Assembly (NCBI GenBank): GCA_009914755.4
Contig: CP068257.2
Span: 20,416,001 to 20,480,000, forward strand
Reading direction: 5' to 3'
From: the human T2T-CHM13v2.0 reference genome, Homo sapiens
Length of the DNA: 64,000 bases
The position numbers and the translations under genes are program-made. The notes under the pieces are model-generated. The model saw only the letters and a list, made by a program, of their open reading frames with translations. It was not told the DNA's origin and searched no databases. This document shows, one piece after another, positions 27,339-39,109 of the stretch. Numbering within the stretch: position 1 is the first letter of the stretch; every line of letters starts with the position of its first letter.

Positions 27339-27668
27339 CTCAATGAGCAGTGGCTCATTATATGCTAATTATAATACATTAACAGACATTCCCACCAGCA
27401 CCATGACAGTTTACAAATGCCATGGCAATGTTTGGAAGTCACCCTATGTAGTCTGAAGAGGAGAGGAGCCCTCAGTTCCAGGAAATCTCTGCCCCTTCCC
27501 CAGAAGACTCTTGTTTAACATATAATCAAGAAATAACTCTGCCTATGTAGTAGCCATTTTTTTGTTTCTTTACTTCTCTAATAAATTTGCTTTCACTTTA
27601 CTCTATGGACTTGCCCTGATTTCTTTCCTGAGTGAGGTCCAAGAACCGTCTCTTGGGGTCTGGATCAG
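27339..27668 (+). mobile_element. Second partial LTR12-like unit (3' about 330 bp) directly abutting the first; either a tandem partial duplication or a second LTR fragment
   Basis: ...ctcattatatgctaattataatacattaacagacattcccaccagcaccatgacagtttacaaatgccatggcaatgtttggaagtcaccctatgtagtctgaagaggag...ctaataaatttgctttcactttactctatggacttgccctgatttctttcctgagtgaggtccaagaaccgtctcttggggtctggatcag. Collinear with 26930-27338 at roughly 85-90% identity. Confidence 0.55.
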
Positions 27669-29315
27669 TGAGACAGCCAATTATAAAGGGTTCCCAGAGA
27701 ACCTCTGACTGCTCTGCAAGCTAGTTGCAATGAACACTGGGGTGGAAGCTGGCCCCTCATCTTCCTGGGTGGAACCTGAGATTCAATTTGTGTGGTGGGA
27801 AACCTATATTAGCAGAACTCTCGCTCTGCTTGAGAGTCCCTGTTTCCTTTTTATTTTTCCTTTTTGCCCAAGAAATTCATTTTTCTCACCCTTCAAATTG
27901 CCTGCAAGCCTAATTTTTCATGGTCCTATGACAAGGATTCTGTCTTTAGCTAAACTAAGAAAAAGTCCTACAACATCTTGACCCCTTTCTGCTAGCACTG
28001 TCAGCTAGGTTTTTAATATGTGAAACTTATTTTAAGTTTCAAAGTCGGGGCTGAAGGAAATTAAAATATTTTACCTCAAAATATATTTCTTTGACATATT
28101 TAAAAACGGTTTACATTTGGCTACCAGACAGAAGTAGCCTTATCTTAAGTGGGGAACATTTGCATCTGTAGAGAATCTCTGTTAAGACAGCCATGCCACC
28201 TCCACTTTCTATACCTTTCTCCAATCCAAGAGCAATTGAGAGTCTGCCAGTTTTAAAAGGCTGAAAAGAAACACTGACCATCTATTCTTTCTAAGCAAGT
28301 CTTTATTCACATAACAAAGCTGCCTACAAAGGCCGTAACAAAGTTGCTAGCTAAGCTTCTTCTCCCCTTTCCAAAACATGTTTTATCAGAGCCTAAACCC
28401 TCATTCTTTCTGTAATCTCAATATGATTATAAATTTCTGTAACAGTAGGAAGTTGAGTGTTCATTCTGAAGGCTCCCGTGTATGCACGTTAAATACATTT
28501 GTATGCTTTTTCTCCTACTAAAAATAAATAAACAAATAAATGAATAAAATAGAAATAATTGATTCAAGTAAGATTTTTTTAATGAGGAAAACTGGAAGAA
28601 ATGCCAGATAGTACCAATTTTTAAAATAGAAAGATGACAGAATTAAACTAACCATATCATAAAGAGTATAAATATCTCACTTAAAAGGCAGATTGTCAGA
28701 TAGAATAAAAAAGACAAGACCAAATCACATGTTGCTAAAAGAAAAGGGCTTGAAATATAAATAAATAAATGTTTTATAATGAAGAAAGAAAAACTACACC
28801 TTAGGAAGTATACACTAATTAAACATGAAATAACTATATAAAATTATAAATTATCTCAAATTCAAATTTATCTAGATGTTCCTTTTTCGTTTTTATTATT
28901 TTTATAATCTAGGATCACAAATTTTAAGAATCTAAAATTTTCTACAATGATAAAGAGGAAAACAATTGGAATTCCACATGTACAATTTGATAACACTCAC
29001 CAAGTATTTATTGAACTGTCACATCATTGGTTAATATAAGGCTTTTAGGAAAAAAGCAAGGCAGTAAGGTATTTTTGTAACTTAACTTTCAGGCTGTTTA
29101 CAATTAAAGTTAGTGTACAAATAAAGACACCAATACATATCAATTTCTTCTTAATTTTCAATGACTTTGTCATTCTGAATAAGCTGTGGGCTAGGTACTA
29201 TGTGTTAAGTAAAACTAGGAAATTCATAAACAAATGCTTTTCTAAAGACAGACAGTGCTGTCAAATTGCTAGCAGATTAGTGAAGAGCCCCAGCAAGTTA
29301 GCGAGATTTCCAGTA

Positions 29316-29477
29316 GTGTGACTTTGGCTTGGCAGTAAAATAAAGATATGCTCAAATTGCTATAAAAACCCATGATCCCAAATTCAGAAAAGTGATAATG
29401 GGTTTCCAGATTGAGTGACATGTACAGTGAGTTCTAAAGAGTAAACGCCATGTAGAAAATCTTAACAGAGGAAAAGT
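29316..29477 (+). repeat. Unclassified dispersed repeat, copy 1 (about 160 bp)
   Basis: gtgtgactttggcttggcagtaaaataaagatatgctcaaattgctataaaaacccatgatcccaaattcagaaaagtgataatgggtttccagattgagtgacatgtacagtgagttctaaagagtaaacgccatgtagaaaatcttaacagaggaaaagt. A homologous copy lies at 30516-30682. Confidence 0.7.
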
Positions 29478-29705
29478 GCACATTAGAGAGCGGGAAAGAT
29501 TTGTGCCAAAAACTAGATGTAAAATAAAGCAGACTTTGTGGGTCTAAGGAATGGGACATTGTTCAGTGTAAGCGGAACACAATCTGATAAATGAGGTGGC
29601 AGCATTCGCTGACCTGATCATGAAGTTTTTTGTGTGCCATAGTACTTTTTATGTCTTATCTTTATTTGCATTTTTTCTATTTTGAACTTCATTTAATCAT
29701 CTCAG

Positions 29706-29842
29706 TTTTTTGTTGTTGCTGTTTTTGTTGTTGTTGTTTTTGAGACAGAGTTTTGCTCTTGTTGCCCAGGCTGGAGTGTGCAATGGCGTGATCTTAGCTC
29801 ACTGCAACAACCATCTCCCGGGTTCAAGTTAATCTTCTCAGA
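29706..29842 (-). mobile_element. Truncated Alu (3'-terminal part only, about 100 bp plus a degenerate poly-T/(TTG)n tail), - orientation
   Basis: ttttgttgttgctgtttttgttgttgttgtttttgagacagagttttgctcttgttgcccaggctggagtgtgcaatggcgtgatcttagctcactgcaacaaccatctcccgggttcaagttaatc. Homology stops where the consensus continues ctcctgcctcagcc. Confidence 0.85.
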
Positions 29843-29983
29843 TTTTAAAGGTGCCAGTGGAGAAAAGTATGGGTATATCATTCCAAATACGTTCTTCTTT
29901 CTTTTCCACTACTCACTGGGCAATCCTGACAGTCACTTAACCTATCTAAGGTTCTGATACTTTATCTGTTAAATGAACACATT

Positions 29984-30021
29984 AATATATATACACATAT
30001 ATATATATATATATATATACA
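29984..30021. repeat. (TA)n microsatellite
   Basis: atatatatacacatatatatatatatatatatatacat. Confidence 0.9.
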
Positions 30022-30515
30022 TCTGCCAACAACACAGAAAAATCATTAATTGAAGCATGAGAAAGCACTCTAGAGAAAGCAAAATGATGCATAGGCTTAA
30101 ATGAGTATTAATATTACTGCTAAATGTTTTTATTAAATAATTATATATTTTTTGACAAACCAGAAATGTCAATTGGAATACATGAGACAAAAAGCAAGGA
30201 GCAAATTTTCAAATCTTTTAAAATGGTATGTCATATAGTATTTGTGTTTCCTAAATAGCTATCACAAACTTTTTATAAACGCTAAAGGGCATTTTAGGGT
30301 GGCTTATGTTATTTTAAATTGCCTGTTGTTAAGGTAACCGGTTCCTTGGGATTTCCAGTAGAAAGGATCTTTCCATATCACAGTCAGACTCTCCATTGGT
30401 GTAAGTCATATAACCACCTGCTACATTATAGGTCTGTTTATTGATTCTTTTCAAAAGAATTCCAAAGGGACAGTTATTGTTTAATGTTTAAATAGTTATT
30501 GTTTAATGTTAAATT

Positions 30516-30682
30516 GTGTGACTTTTGCTTGGCAGTAAAATATGCTTAGATTGCTGTAAAAACCCAGAATAAAGGCAATAATCCCAAATTGGGAAAGGCA
30601 ATAATGGATTTCCAGATTGAGTGACATATAAGGCGAGTTCTAAAGAATAAGAGTCATGTAGAAAATCTCAACAGAGGAAAAG
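30516..30682 (+). repeat. Unclassified dispersed repeat, copy 2 (about 165 bp)
   Basis: gtgtgacttttgcttggcagtaaaatatgcttagattgctgtaaaaacccagaataaaggcaataatcccaaattgggaaaggcaataatggatttccagattgagtgacatataaggcgagttctaaagaataagagtcatgtagaaaatctcaacagaggaaaagt. Same orientation as copy 1, 1.2 kb downstream, about 85-88% identical. Confidence 0.7.
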
Positions 30683-30995
30683 TTATGAGATGATTTTTAA
30701 ATGGTTTTATTTTGTGTATAGGAAAATGAAGACATGACTATGATCACATAATAAATATCTTTTAAAACAAAGTTATTTTTGATGCAAATAGAAATAATAC
30801 AAAAGAGAACCTGGAAAAAGTAATGCTGTGATAGATGATAGTCACAAACTGTGCATAACTAGATTCATTTTAAAGTCAGGTAACCCAGTAGTAAATTACC
30901 AAGAAAGATAATTCCTGGCAATTATTTGGCAGGAATATTTGGAATCATAGACATATACTTTTCTCCACTGACACCTTTAAAATTTGAGGAAATTG

Positions 30996-31302
30996 GCGGG
31001 GTGTGGTGGCACATGCTTGTAATCCCAGCACTTTGGGAGGCCGAGGCGGGCAGATCACGAGGTCAAGAGATGGATACCATCCTGGCAAACATGGTGAAAA
31101 CCTATCTCTATTAAAAATACAAAAATTAGCTGGGAGTGGTGGGAGTGCCTATAGGCCCAGCTACTTGGGAGGCTGAAGCAGGAGAATCGCTTGACCTGGA
31201 AGGCGGAGGTTGCAGCAAGTGGATATTGTGCCACTGCACTCCAGCCTGGCAACAGAGCCAGACTCTGTCTCAAAAAAAAAAAATAAATAAATAAATAAAT
31301 AA
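30996..31302 (+). mobile_element. Alu SINE, + orientation, with TSD
   Basis: ggcggggtgtggtggcacatgcttgtaatcccagcactttgggaggccgaggcgggcagatcacgaggtcaagagatgg... Ends ...ctgtctcaaaaaaaaaaaataaataaataaataaataa. Flanking direct repeats gaggaaatt (30987-30995) and gaagaaatt (31306-31314). Confidence 0.95.
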
Positions 31303-32979
31303 ATTGAAGAAATTATATGACATCCAAAATAAGAAAAATACAAGTAAAGAGAAGCCATAAAAAGTACTATGGCACACAAAAAGCTTCATGATCTTGTCAC
31401 TGAATGATACAACTTCATTTGTCAGAATCGGTTCCACTTTTACATTGAACTATTCCCTACTCCTTAGGCCCACAAAATCTGCTTGATTTTACCTCCAGTT
31501 TTTGACACAATTCCTTCCTGCTCTCTGATATGCACTTGTTTTTTGTTAAGCAATAGACTCGGAAATTTGAGCTTTCAATAACCGGATGTATTTTTGAAGT
31601 TTTAGAAGAAATTAGTTTTTGGGTGGAAATTTGTAGGTAAATAACCACCTTCTCAGGGCAGTTTTAAAACAGTTTTTAAATTACTTGCAAGCAATTAAAA
31701 GGTGGGTTCTTGTTAAAAGGTGGGGTCTGTTTCCTGACCACTTGAATCTGGGAGGGCTTACACATGCCCTGATCAACAGAGTATAACAGAATTGGTATTT
31801 TGTGATTTCTGCGGTTAAAACATTCCACTTCCATCTGCTTTTCTTTGGTCACTGAACTTCAGAGTCCTGACCTGTTATATAATTAGTGTGACCACCATGA
31901 GGTCACCATGGTGTGATGAAGCACAGCCCCATTGGACTTTTTAAATTCACCATTTGTGTAATGATGTGGAAAACATATTAATGTGTAAATATTTGTAAAT
32001 TATCAGTAAACATATTTCCCACAAGAGTAATTAACCGTCATGAACATTAACAATGTTTTTACTGCAAGAAAAGTATATTTAAAAATCATAGGTGGTCCCT
32101 TCATCCTTATACAGAAGCCTACAGAGAGGCAGAAAAGAAAACATGAGGTTGGCTTTATGTGTAAATTTCAGATAGCTTTAACAGCTTATTCTCTGCCAAT
32201 TTATACTTCTTTTGTAAAAATGGATACAGCTCATTATGGATATTTTGAACAGAGTCCATGGCTTTGAGATCAAACTAAAGTCACACTGACAAAATAAAAT
32301 AAGCATGAATAGTCATAAGGCTAAAAAGGTGACTTCCTATCAATTAATTGAAGAAGAAATTCCATTTTGGTCTAATTTATATTTTGGCCACTTTTATTGG
32401 CTACTTAAGTAAAATAAAAGACTTGTTTTAATAATTGTAATGTGGAGGATGTTTTACAAACTTAATTTTTCCTTGTTCAAATAATATAAGTGAATATACA
32501 GTTTAACTCCAGTTCTAATAAATTCTCTTTGGCATGATTTTAAGTAAGTTCATCATCAATGAACTTATCATTAGGGTCTCATTGATGTCTTAGGGAAAGC
32601 ACATGCCATGGAAAATCCCCTGAGATTTTACAGTGATCATCTTTGCCTTTTAATCCTAAGCATCTATTGCTTTATCTGAGCCTGAGTTCTACATCAGTGT
32701 TGATGAAATGATTGGGTTAGAGCAAATTATCTTGAAAAGTCTTTTCCAGATCAGTAAAGTTATTCCAAGAATGGCTTCGCCTTTGATCTCTTTTGATCAG
32801 AACCATTTTTTGGAGAATATCTGATTCAAATGATTGATCCGATGATCACTACACTAAAAGTACACATTTTCTCTTTGATATTGTGCCTTTCAATATTACT
32901 AATCATATCATTTAATTTTGGTCTTTTATATTCAGAACAATATCTAAAAAATATTTATGAATGAGCCATCACTAACAAT

Positions 32980-33702
32980 TAAACCACCCAAAGGGTTCAT
33001 CTTGCCCACTGTTCAGATACAGCCAATTTATAAAGACAGGGGAATTGCAATAGAGAAAGAGTTTAATACAGGTAGAGCCAGCTAAATGGGAGACCAGAGT
33101 TTTGTTTTTACACAATTAAGCCTCCCTCAAAATTTGGAGGCTACAATTTTTCAAGGGTACTTTGGTGGACACGGGGCTAGGGAATGGGAGCTGCTGATTG
33201 GTTGGGGATACAATCACAGGTCTGTGCAACATGGTCCTGATTCGCTGAGTTGGCCTGTGTGTGCAGGCCACAGAGGAGTCACTGGTCCAGGTGGAGCAAT
33301 TTGGTCATCAGAAATGCAAAAGCCTGAAAAGGCATCTCAAAAGGGCAATCTTAGATTGTATAATAGTGATGTTATTTGCAGGAACAATTGGAGGAGTTAC
33401 AAATTTTGTGACCTCCAGAATAATGGCTGCTAATCATTCAACTATACTCTTAGCGGATTTCAGGACCCTCTCATCTTCCTAACCTGGTGGTCTTTCATAA
33501 TTAGTTTTACAAAAATGATTTAGTTTTGGAAAGGGTTATTATCATCTAAACTGTAAACTAAATATCTCCCAAAGTTAGTTTGACCTACACACAGGAATGA
33601 CCAAGGGCAGTTTGGAGGTTAAGGCAAGTTGGAGTTGGTTAGAACAGATCTGTTTCACTGTTATAATTTTCTCACTGTTATAATTTTTGCAAAGGTGGTT
33701 TC
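32980..33702 (+). mobile_element. LTR-like interspersed repeat, copy 2 (homolog of 25184-25917)
   Basis: See copy 1. Same orientation, about 7.06 kb downstream; ends ...tttgcaaaggtggtttca. Confidence 0.55.
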
Positions 33703-34699
33703 AGTAAGTCTGTGCAAATCAATGTTTTATGGTCAAAATGTCCAGCCACTTTAAGCACATTGACATACATCAGTGGCTTTCAGCTTTTTCCCCATTTTAA
33801 CTGAGCCAAACCAATTTTCTTATCAGCGTAGCAAAATGACCAGAGCATTTGTTATGCTATGTGGTTTAAAAAATGGTATGTTGGTTTCTTACTTAGCACA
33901 AGATATTATAAATAAGAATATTTTGTCTTGTTTTCCAAAAAAATAAATAAATCTCATTTGAGATTACAAAAATCAACGTATTTTTTAAAGCACTTAATAG
34001 ATATAGTTATTATTAATGGGAATAAGGTTCACAACACCCTATGGAAAACTGATTTACTCATATTCATGTGCTTACTCAAGAGGAAAAATAAATATATAAG
34101 CATTCAGTATGTGGCATTAATCCAAGAGAAGTAAAAAAATGCAGGCAAAAATAATTTAAGAAAATGAATTAAGATTTGTAATGACCTACATATTTTCTCT
34201 AGCTATCATTTCTGAATTTAGGTTTTCAATGAATAAAATAAATTTAAATGAAAATGGGATCCATGCCTCAATGTAGCTACTACATGATTCTTTAGGTGTA
34301 AATCCTATCTCCACAATCATCTTTGAATATTTGCCTTCACCATGCTTCACATTAATTAAAGGACTCACAAGCATTTAAAAGGTTGCTATTTTAATTCCTT
34401 CAACATGACCATTTGTCAAGGCTGGATTTTTTTTATTCAAAGATTCTCAATTTTCATTAATAGGAGTGGGGGTAGTAGATTACACTTAATAATACAGGGC
34501 AGCTGCTTAGAGTTTTCTTTACGTAGAGCAGCATAAGAAGATCACCAGTAATAACATGTATATTGCAGTGGGCTGCCACTAGCCCATTCCTAAGCTGTTT
34601 GATTACAAATCAGAAAGGTCACCTATATGAGCAGAAGTAACCTGCTGGGAGCCATAGCACATAGATATGCAGCGTGTGGGCTGAATCTCAGTCCCAAAT

Positions 34700-34810
34700 T
34701 ACCCCCTTATTTGGGTCTTTTCTCTATAAATAATTTTTGTAACCTTTATCTATAAATAACTTTATAAATAAATTTTGTAAATAACTATAAATAAATTTTG
34801 TAACAAAATA
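34700..34810. repeat. AT-rich tandem repeat (degenerate units of ataaataa-yttt-gtaa)
   Basis: ctataaataatttttgtaacctttatctataaataactttataaataaattttgtaaataactataaataaattttgtaac. Confidence 0.7.
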
Positions 34811-35879
34811 TTCCTTAGAATAACAATAGCTCAGCAATTTTCACAGAATAAGTTCAGAGGCTAGCTCTGCTATTTACTTACTTGGTAACTTAGCCTCCAC
34901 ACCTCTGAAATTCTGTAAAATATTACAAAGTTTCAGAATTGCAATAAAACTCAATGGTAACTTATAAGACAGATTCTAACTGGATATAAAGTTGTGCACA
35001 TATATTAGGAGTCATTAAATGGTATAGATTATTATTGTAACAGTTGTACAACTGTAATATAAAATTGAGAAAAATTACAACTTATTCAGTAAACTAAATA
35101 AAATTAAAATGAATTAGATACATAAGACTTTCCATCTTAAAGATATTAGAAGTTAGAATACTCTAATAACAATTAGAAAGAACTAGGAATTGAGAGCTGA
35201 GGTACATGTGATATTGTTTTTCTTCATTAACAAAAAACTGTTCATTACCAATCAACTACATGTATAATTATGTTTACTTATATTTAGGAAAACAAAAGCC
35301 AAAATGTACCTAAAAACTTGTAAGGACAAACTTTTTAAAAACAATATTTTTAAAAGAGTACTGAAATCAGTTTGATTTATTTTTATGTTTCTCCTTCATA
35401 TCACTAAAATAGTAGAACTGCTAACCTATTCTTACCACTTTACTCATACTCCACGCTGAAGTAAGTTTCGGTTTTTAATAATTCAGTAATTAAGACATGG
35501 AAACTTACATTTAAAATGCCAAAAAGCCAAGGAGGCTATATTCCTTATATGTGATTGCATATCATCAAAGATGACTAAGAATGCCTTCAAAATATTTTAC
35601 TCATGGCAAAGAGATGAAGATGTTGGGCTGAAATCTCCAAGCACTGGTTTCCTTGGTTATCATATGAGTGTTATACCTGAAAATGCAGTTCTTCATTCAT
35701 GCAAGATGCATCGTTTTACCAGGACGTCACCAGTCAAATAGAGTATATCTTACTTCCTCTTTTCTAAGATGTATATTTTTTCTCAATTTCACATTTCTGA
35801 TATGGTGGTTTACTGTATAATCACTGCCTACATTTTGCTGAGGTTTTCCCCAAAAGCCATTATAAACCTACTGGTACAG

Positions 35880-36052
35880 TTTACATTCCAGGAAGTAACG
35901 TGCTCTTTGTCTCCTCCTCCTCCCGGAACTCTACTTTCAGTGTGAATCCTCGTGCAAAGGGGCCAGCATGGATGCATTACTCAGTGTACTCGTGTAACAA
36001 ACCTGTACATGTACCCCCTGTATATAAAATAAAAGTTGAAATTATTTTTAAA
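35880..36052 (+). mobile_element. Old L1 (L1M-like) 3'-terminal fragment, + orientation
   Basis: ...gtgtaacaaacctgtacatgtaccccctgtatataaaataaaagttgaaattatttttaaaaaa matches the L1M 3' terminus (...catgtaacaaacctgcacatgtaccccctgaatctaaaataaaagttgaaattttt). Confidence 0.6.
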
Positions 36053-37189
36053 AAATTAGTCAAGGGTGTTCTGGAAAACTGAGAGTAAAGGATATATAAG
36101 TAGTGATTGAAGGAAGTTGGGCTGCAAAGTTATGCTTGGACTAAAATGTGAGCCACCTTGGATATTGTAGATTTTTAAATTGATTTGGAGGATGATAGGA
36201 GGGATGTACAAATGAGATTTCACAGGCTGAGAGATCTATAGACTATTAAACAGCAAACAGATGCAAGGCATGGGAAGAGGGATGGTCAGCAGCCCACAGG
36301 ATTGTGGAGTGACTGTTAACAAGTGCCTGAAAAGAGACCAGACCCACTGTGAATCTCGACTCCTCCCCTATTGGTTCTGCCGTTATGAGCAAATTTACTT
36401 CCTTTCTCTGAGCCTCAGTTAATCATCTGTAAAATGGGAAAAAATAACATCTACTTTGTAATTTTGTTAGAAAGACTTGGGTATCAAGCTCTTAGCAGAT
36501 AATAAGCATGTGATGCATGGTAGCAAAACCAAAATTAAGAACAGCTCACGGAATAATTGGGTCTCACCTGCTCACCAGCTTCTCTGGAAAACCTGTTACC
36601 TACTTTGTGCTTGAGTGTATACTTTCCCCCATGTTTGGTATACTCTAAAAAAAAATAATTAAATTAGAAGATTTTGTTTCCTTTTTGCTGTGGTGAGCTC
36701 TAGGATATTGGTAAATTCCCCCTTGAAAGGCTTTCACTGTGGGCTGTCTTTGAACATCTACCCATGCAACCATGCCATGTGGCAAGGATGACTACACAGC
36801 ACTTACTTCAAGGCCTTGCCTGGGGATTGAAACAAACTGTAGGGAAGGGGGAAAAAGCAATTAACTGTCCTGTTTAAGGTAAAAATAATGGAAAGAAAGC
36901 CACCTCAAGTAACTGTACGTGAGTTGACCTTTGACACACTGACCAAGGTGTCATGTCTTCAAGAGACATTGACATCTCTGTAGCTTCATGCCTTTTCCAG
37001 ATTTGATGTGGCAGATACATGCATAGCAGAGTTTATCATGTGTGGTTTCCTTTAGACGCTGTGATTATGTGTTCAATAAATTGCATCAAGACTACAAATG
37101 CTTTGTTGTGAAGTCCAGCAACATTAACACATTAAGTTTCATAATGTGATTCCTAGAACAACCTCTAAAAACTCTCCAAAGAGGTACAT

Positions 37190-37690
37190 TCAAAATCTCC
37201 ATAGATGAATCAAAATAGATTCATCTCAACAGAATTATGCTAAGTAAAATCTCAATACCAGAAACAAATTATATATGATTCTATTTATATAACATTGTCA
37301 AAATGATAAAATTGTGTGGAGATAGAGAATAGAATAGTGGTTGATATGGCTTAGGGGAGAGTGCACAAGGGCATGGGTTTGGTTATAAAGAGATAGCACA
37401 AAGAAGTTTTGTGGTGATGAAACAGTTTTTTTTTTTTATCTTGATTGAGTGGTCATTACAGTAATCTACACATATGAGAAAACCACAAATACATATAAAC
37501 TACACAAATGAGTGTATGTTAACCTTAAAATATCAGAGTAAATTCTCTGGATTGTACAAAGACTAATTTTATAAATTTCATATGGTACTATAATTACATG
37601 TTACCATAAGAGGACATGAAGTTAAGGCTGCACCAGATCTCACTACCTTATTTGTGCATCTGCCTATGAACATACACATATTTCACAATA
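37190..37690 (+). mobile_element. Old L1 (L1MA/L1PB-like) 3' UTR, + orientation, with an internal poly-T expansion
   Basis: ...atgattctatttatataacattgtcaaaatgataaaattgtgtggagatagagaatagaatagtggttgatatggcttaggggagagtg... and ...gtggtgatgaaacag[T13]atcttgattgagtggtcattacagtaatctacacatatg...ctggattgtacaaagactaattttataaatttcatatggtactataattacatg. Collinear with the L1MA 3' UTR (gattccatttatatgaagttc...agaatagtggttacc...gtgatggaaatgttctatatcttgatctgggtggtggttacac...actgtacacttaagat...). Confidence 0.6.
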
Positions 37691-37879
37691 AAAACTGAAA
37701 AAAGCAGTGACATAGCTATAGATTCTGCTTATTTATAAGTTTAGATAGAAAGATAGACATAGATATACAAATTTAACTTAGTGACAAATTAAAATTTAAA
37801 AAGATGTTCAGTACTACCTGAAGAAAATTCTAAGAGAAATAATTAAATTACATTATATGTACAGAGGAAAAAATACAAA

Positions 37880-39109
37880 AAGGCCATCTAATTTCAGAAA
37901 ATTGTTGTATTATTCAGTGCAATTTCAACAAAAAACCCATAGGATTTCTTGTGACATGTTCATATTGATTATGAAATGTATACAAGAATTAAGTGCCAAG
38001 AATACCCCAAATCTTACTAAGTAAGAATACATTGGTTAACTTGCTATTCTATAAAGCCATACAAATAAGTTAATGTGCTATTAAACAGAAATAAACAAAT
38101 TGATCAATGGAATAAAAGAGCTATAAAACCACAAAGAAATAAAAATTATGTATGACATTTGGCATTTTAGGTCACTGGGGAAATTATAAACTTTATAGAC
38201 TTACTTTAGTAGACATTCTAAAACAATTATAGAAAATAAATTATCCTTACAGAAAATAAATTACATTGACTATCCTTAGAGAATATAAGTTAAATTGGTT
38301 TTCCAGCCTCAGAGTGTGCACAATTGATTTTCAAAGCATGGCGCCTAGTCCAGAGCATCAATATAAACTGAGAACATGTTTGAATCTATAATCTTGGGCC
38401 CAACCACAGAATGGCTGAATCACAAACTCTGTTAGGTGGGACAACAATTCATGTTATAATGAACCATCTAAGTGATACAGATGCACAATGGGATGTAAGA
38501 ACAACCTTAGTAACCACAAATCCATCACTTGAGAATCAAACAATTAGAAGTAAAAAACAGATCTCTAAATATTTTCAAAGAGTGTATTAGGTATTTTTCT
38601 GATGTTGGGATCTGAGTAAATTTATTAAACAAGAATTTCTTAAATAAACACAAATTCTGTTAACCATAAAATAAAAGAATAACAAAGTTTACCACATGGA
38701 AACTAAGAATTCATTTTATGAAAAGAAAGTAAAACAAGACTAAACTTTAAAAAGATTTTCCATAATTGCCAAAAAGTTAATGTTTACAGTATATAAGGAA
38801 CTTCTATAAACCAATATGAAAAACACAAGCAAGGCAAGAGAAAAATGGGGAAAAGATATAGCAGCAAAAAAAAGAAAACGCATGTTGAGTAAACATATGA
38901 ACAGATGCTCAACCTCATTAGTAATCAGGAAAATGTAAATTAAGCCACAATGTGATACTATTTCACACTTACTTGATTGGAAACATCTAGGAAATATAAT
39001 AATACCAATTTATTACTTTGAATTTAAACAGACTCATATATACTCTTTGTAGAAGTGCTAAGTAAAATCTCTTTTGAAAACAATTTTAACATTGGTATCC
39101 CCTTGTTCT
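37880..39109 (+). mobile_element. Old L1 (L1M-like) ORF2 C-terminal region, + orientation, cut off at 39110 by the L1PA insertion on the other strand
   Basis: ...aaaaaacccataggatttcttgtgacatgttcatattgattatgaaatgtatacaagaattaagtgccaag... and ...ggaaaagatatagcagcaaaaaaaagaaaacgcatgttgagtaaacatatgaacagatgctcaacctcattagtaatcaggaaaatgtaaattaagccacaatgtgatactatttcacacttacttgattgg (compare L1 ...atgaagaaatgctcatcatcactggccatcagagaaatgcaaatcaaaaccactatgagatatcatctcacaccagttagaatggc). Confidence 0.65.

Noticed and set aside
33086-33433. 115 aa ORF (and the 73 aa ORF at 33261-33482)
   Set aside because: They lie inside copy 2 of the LTR-like repeat. The homologous region of copy 1 (25184-25917) has no long ORF, so the open frame is not conserved between the copies.
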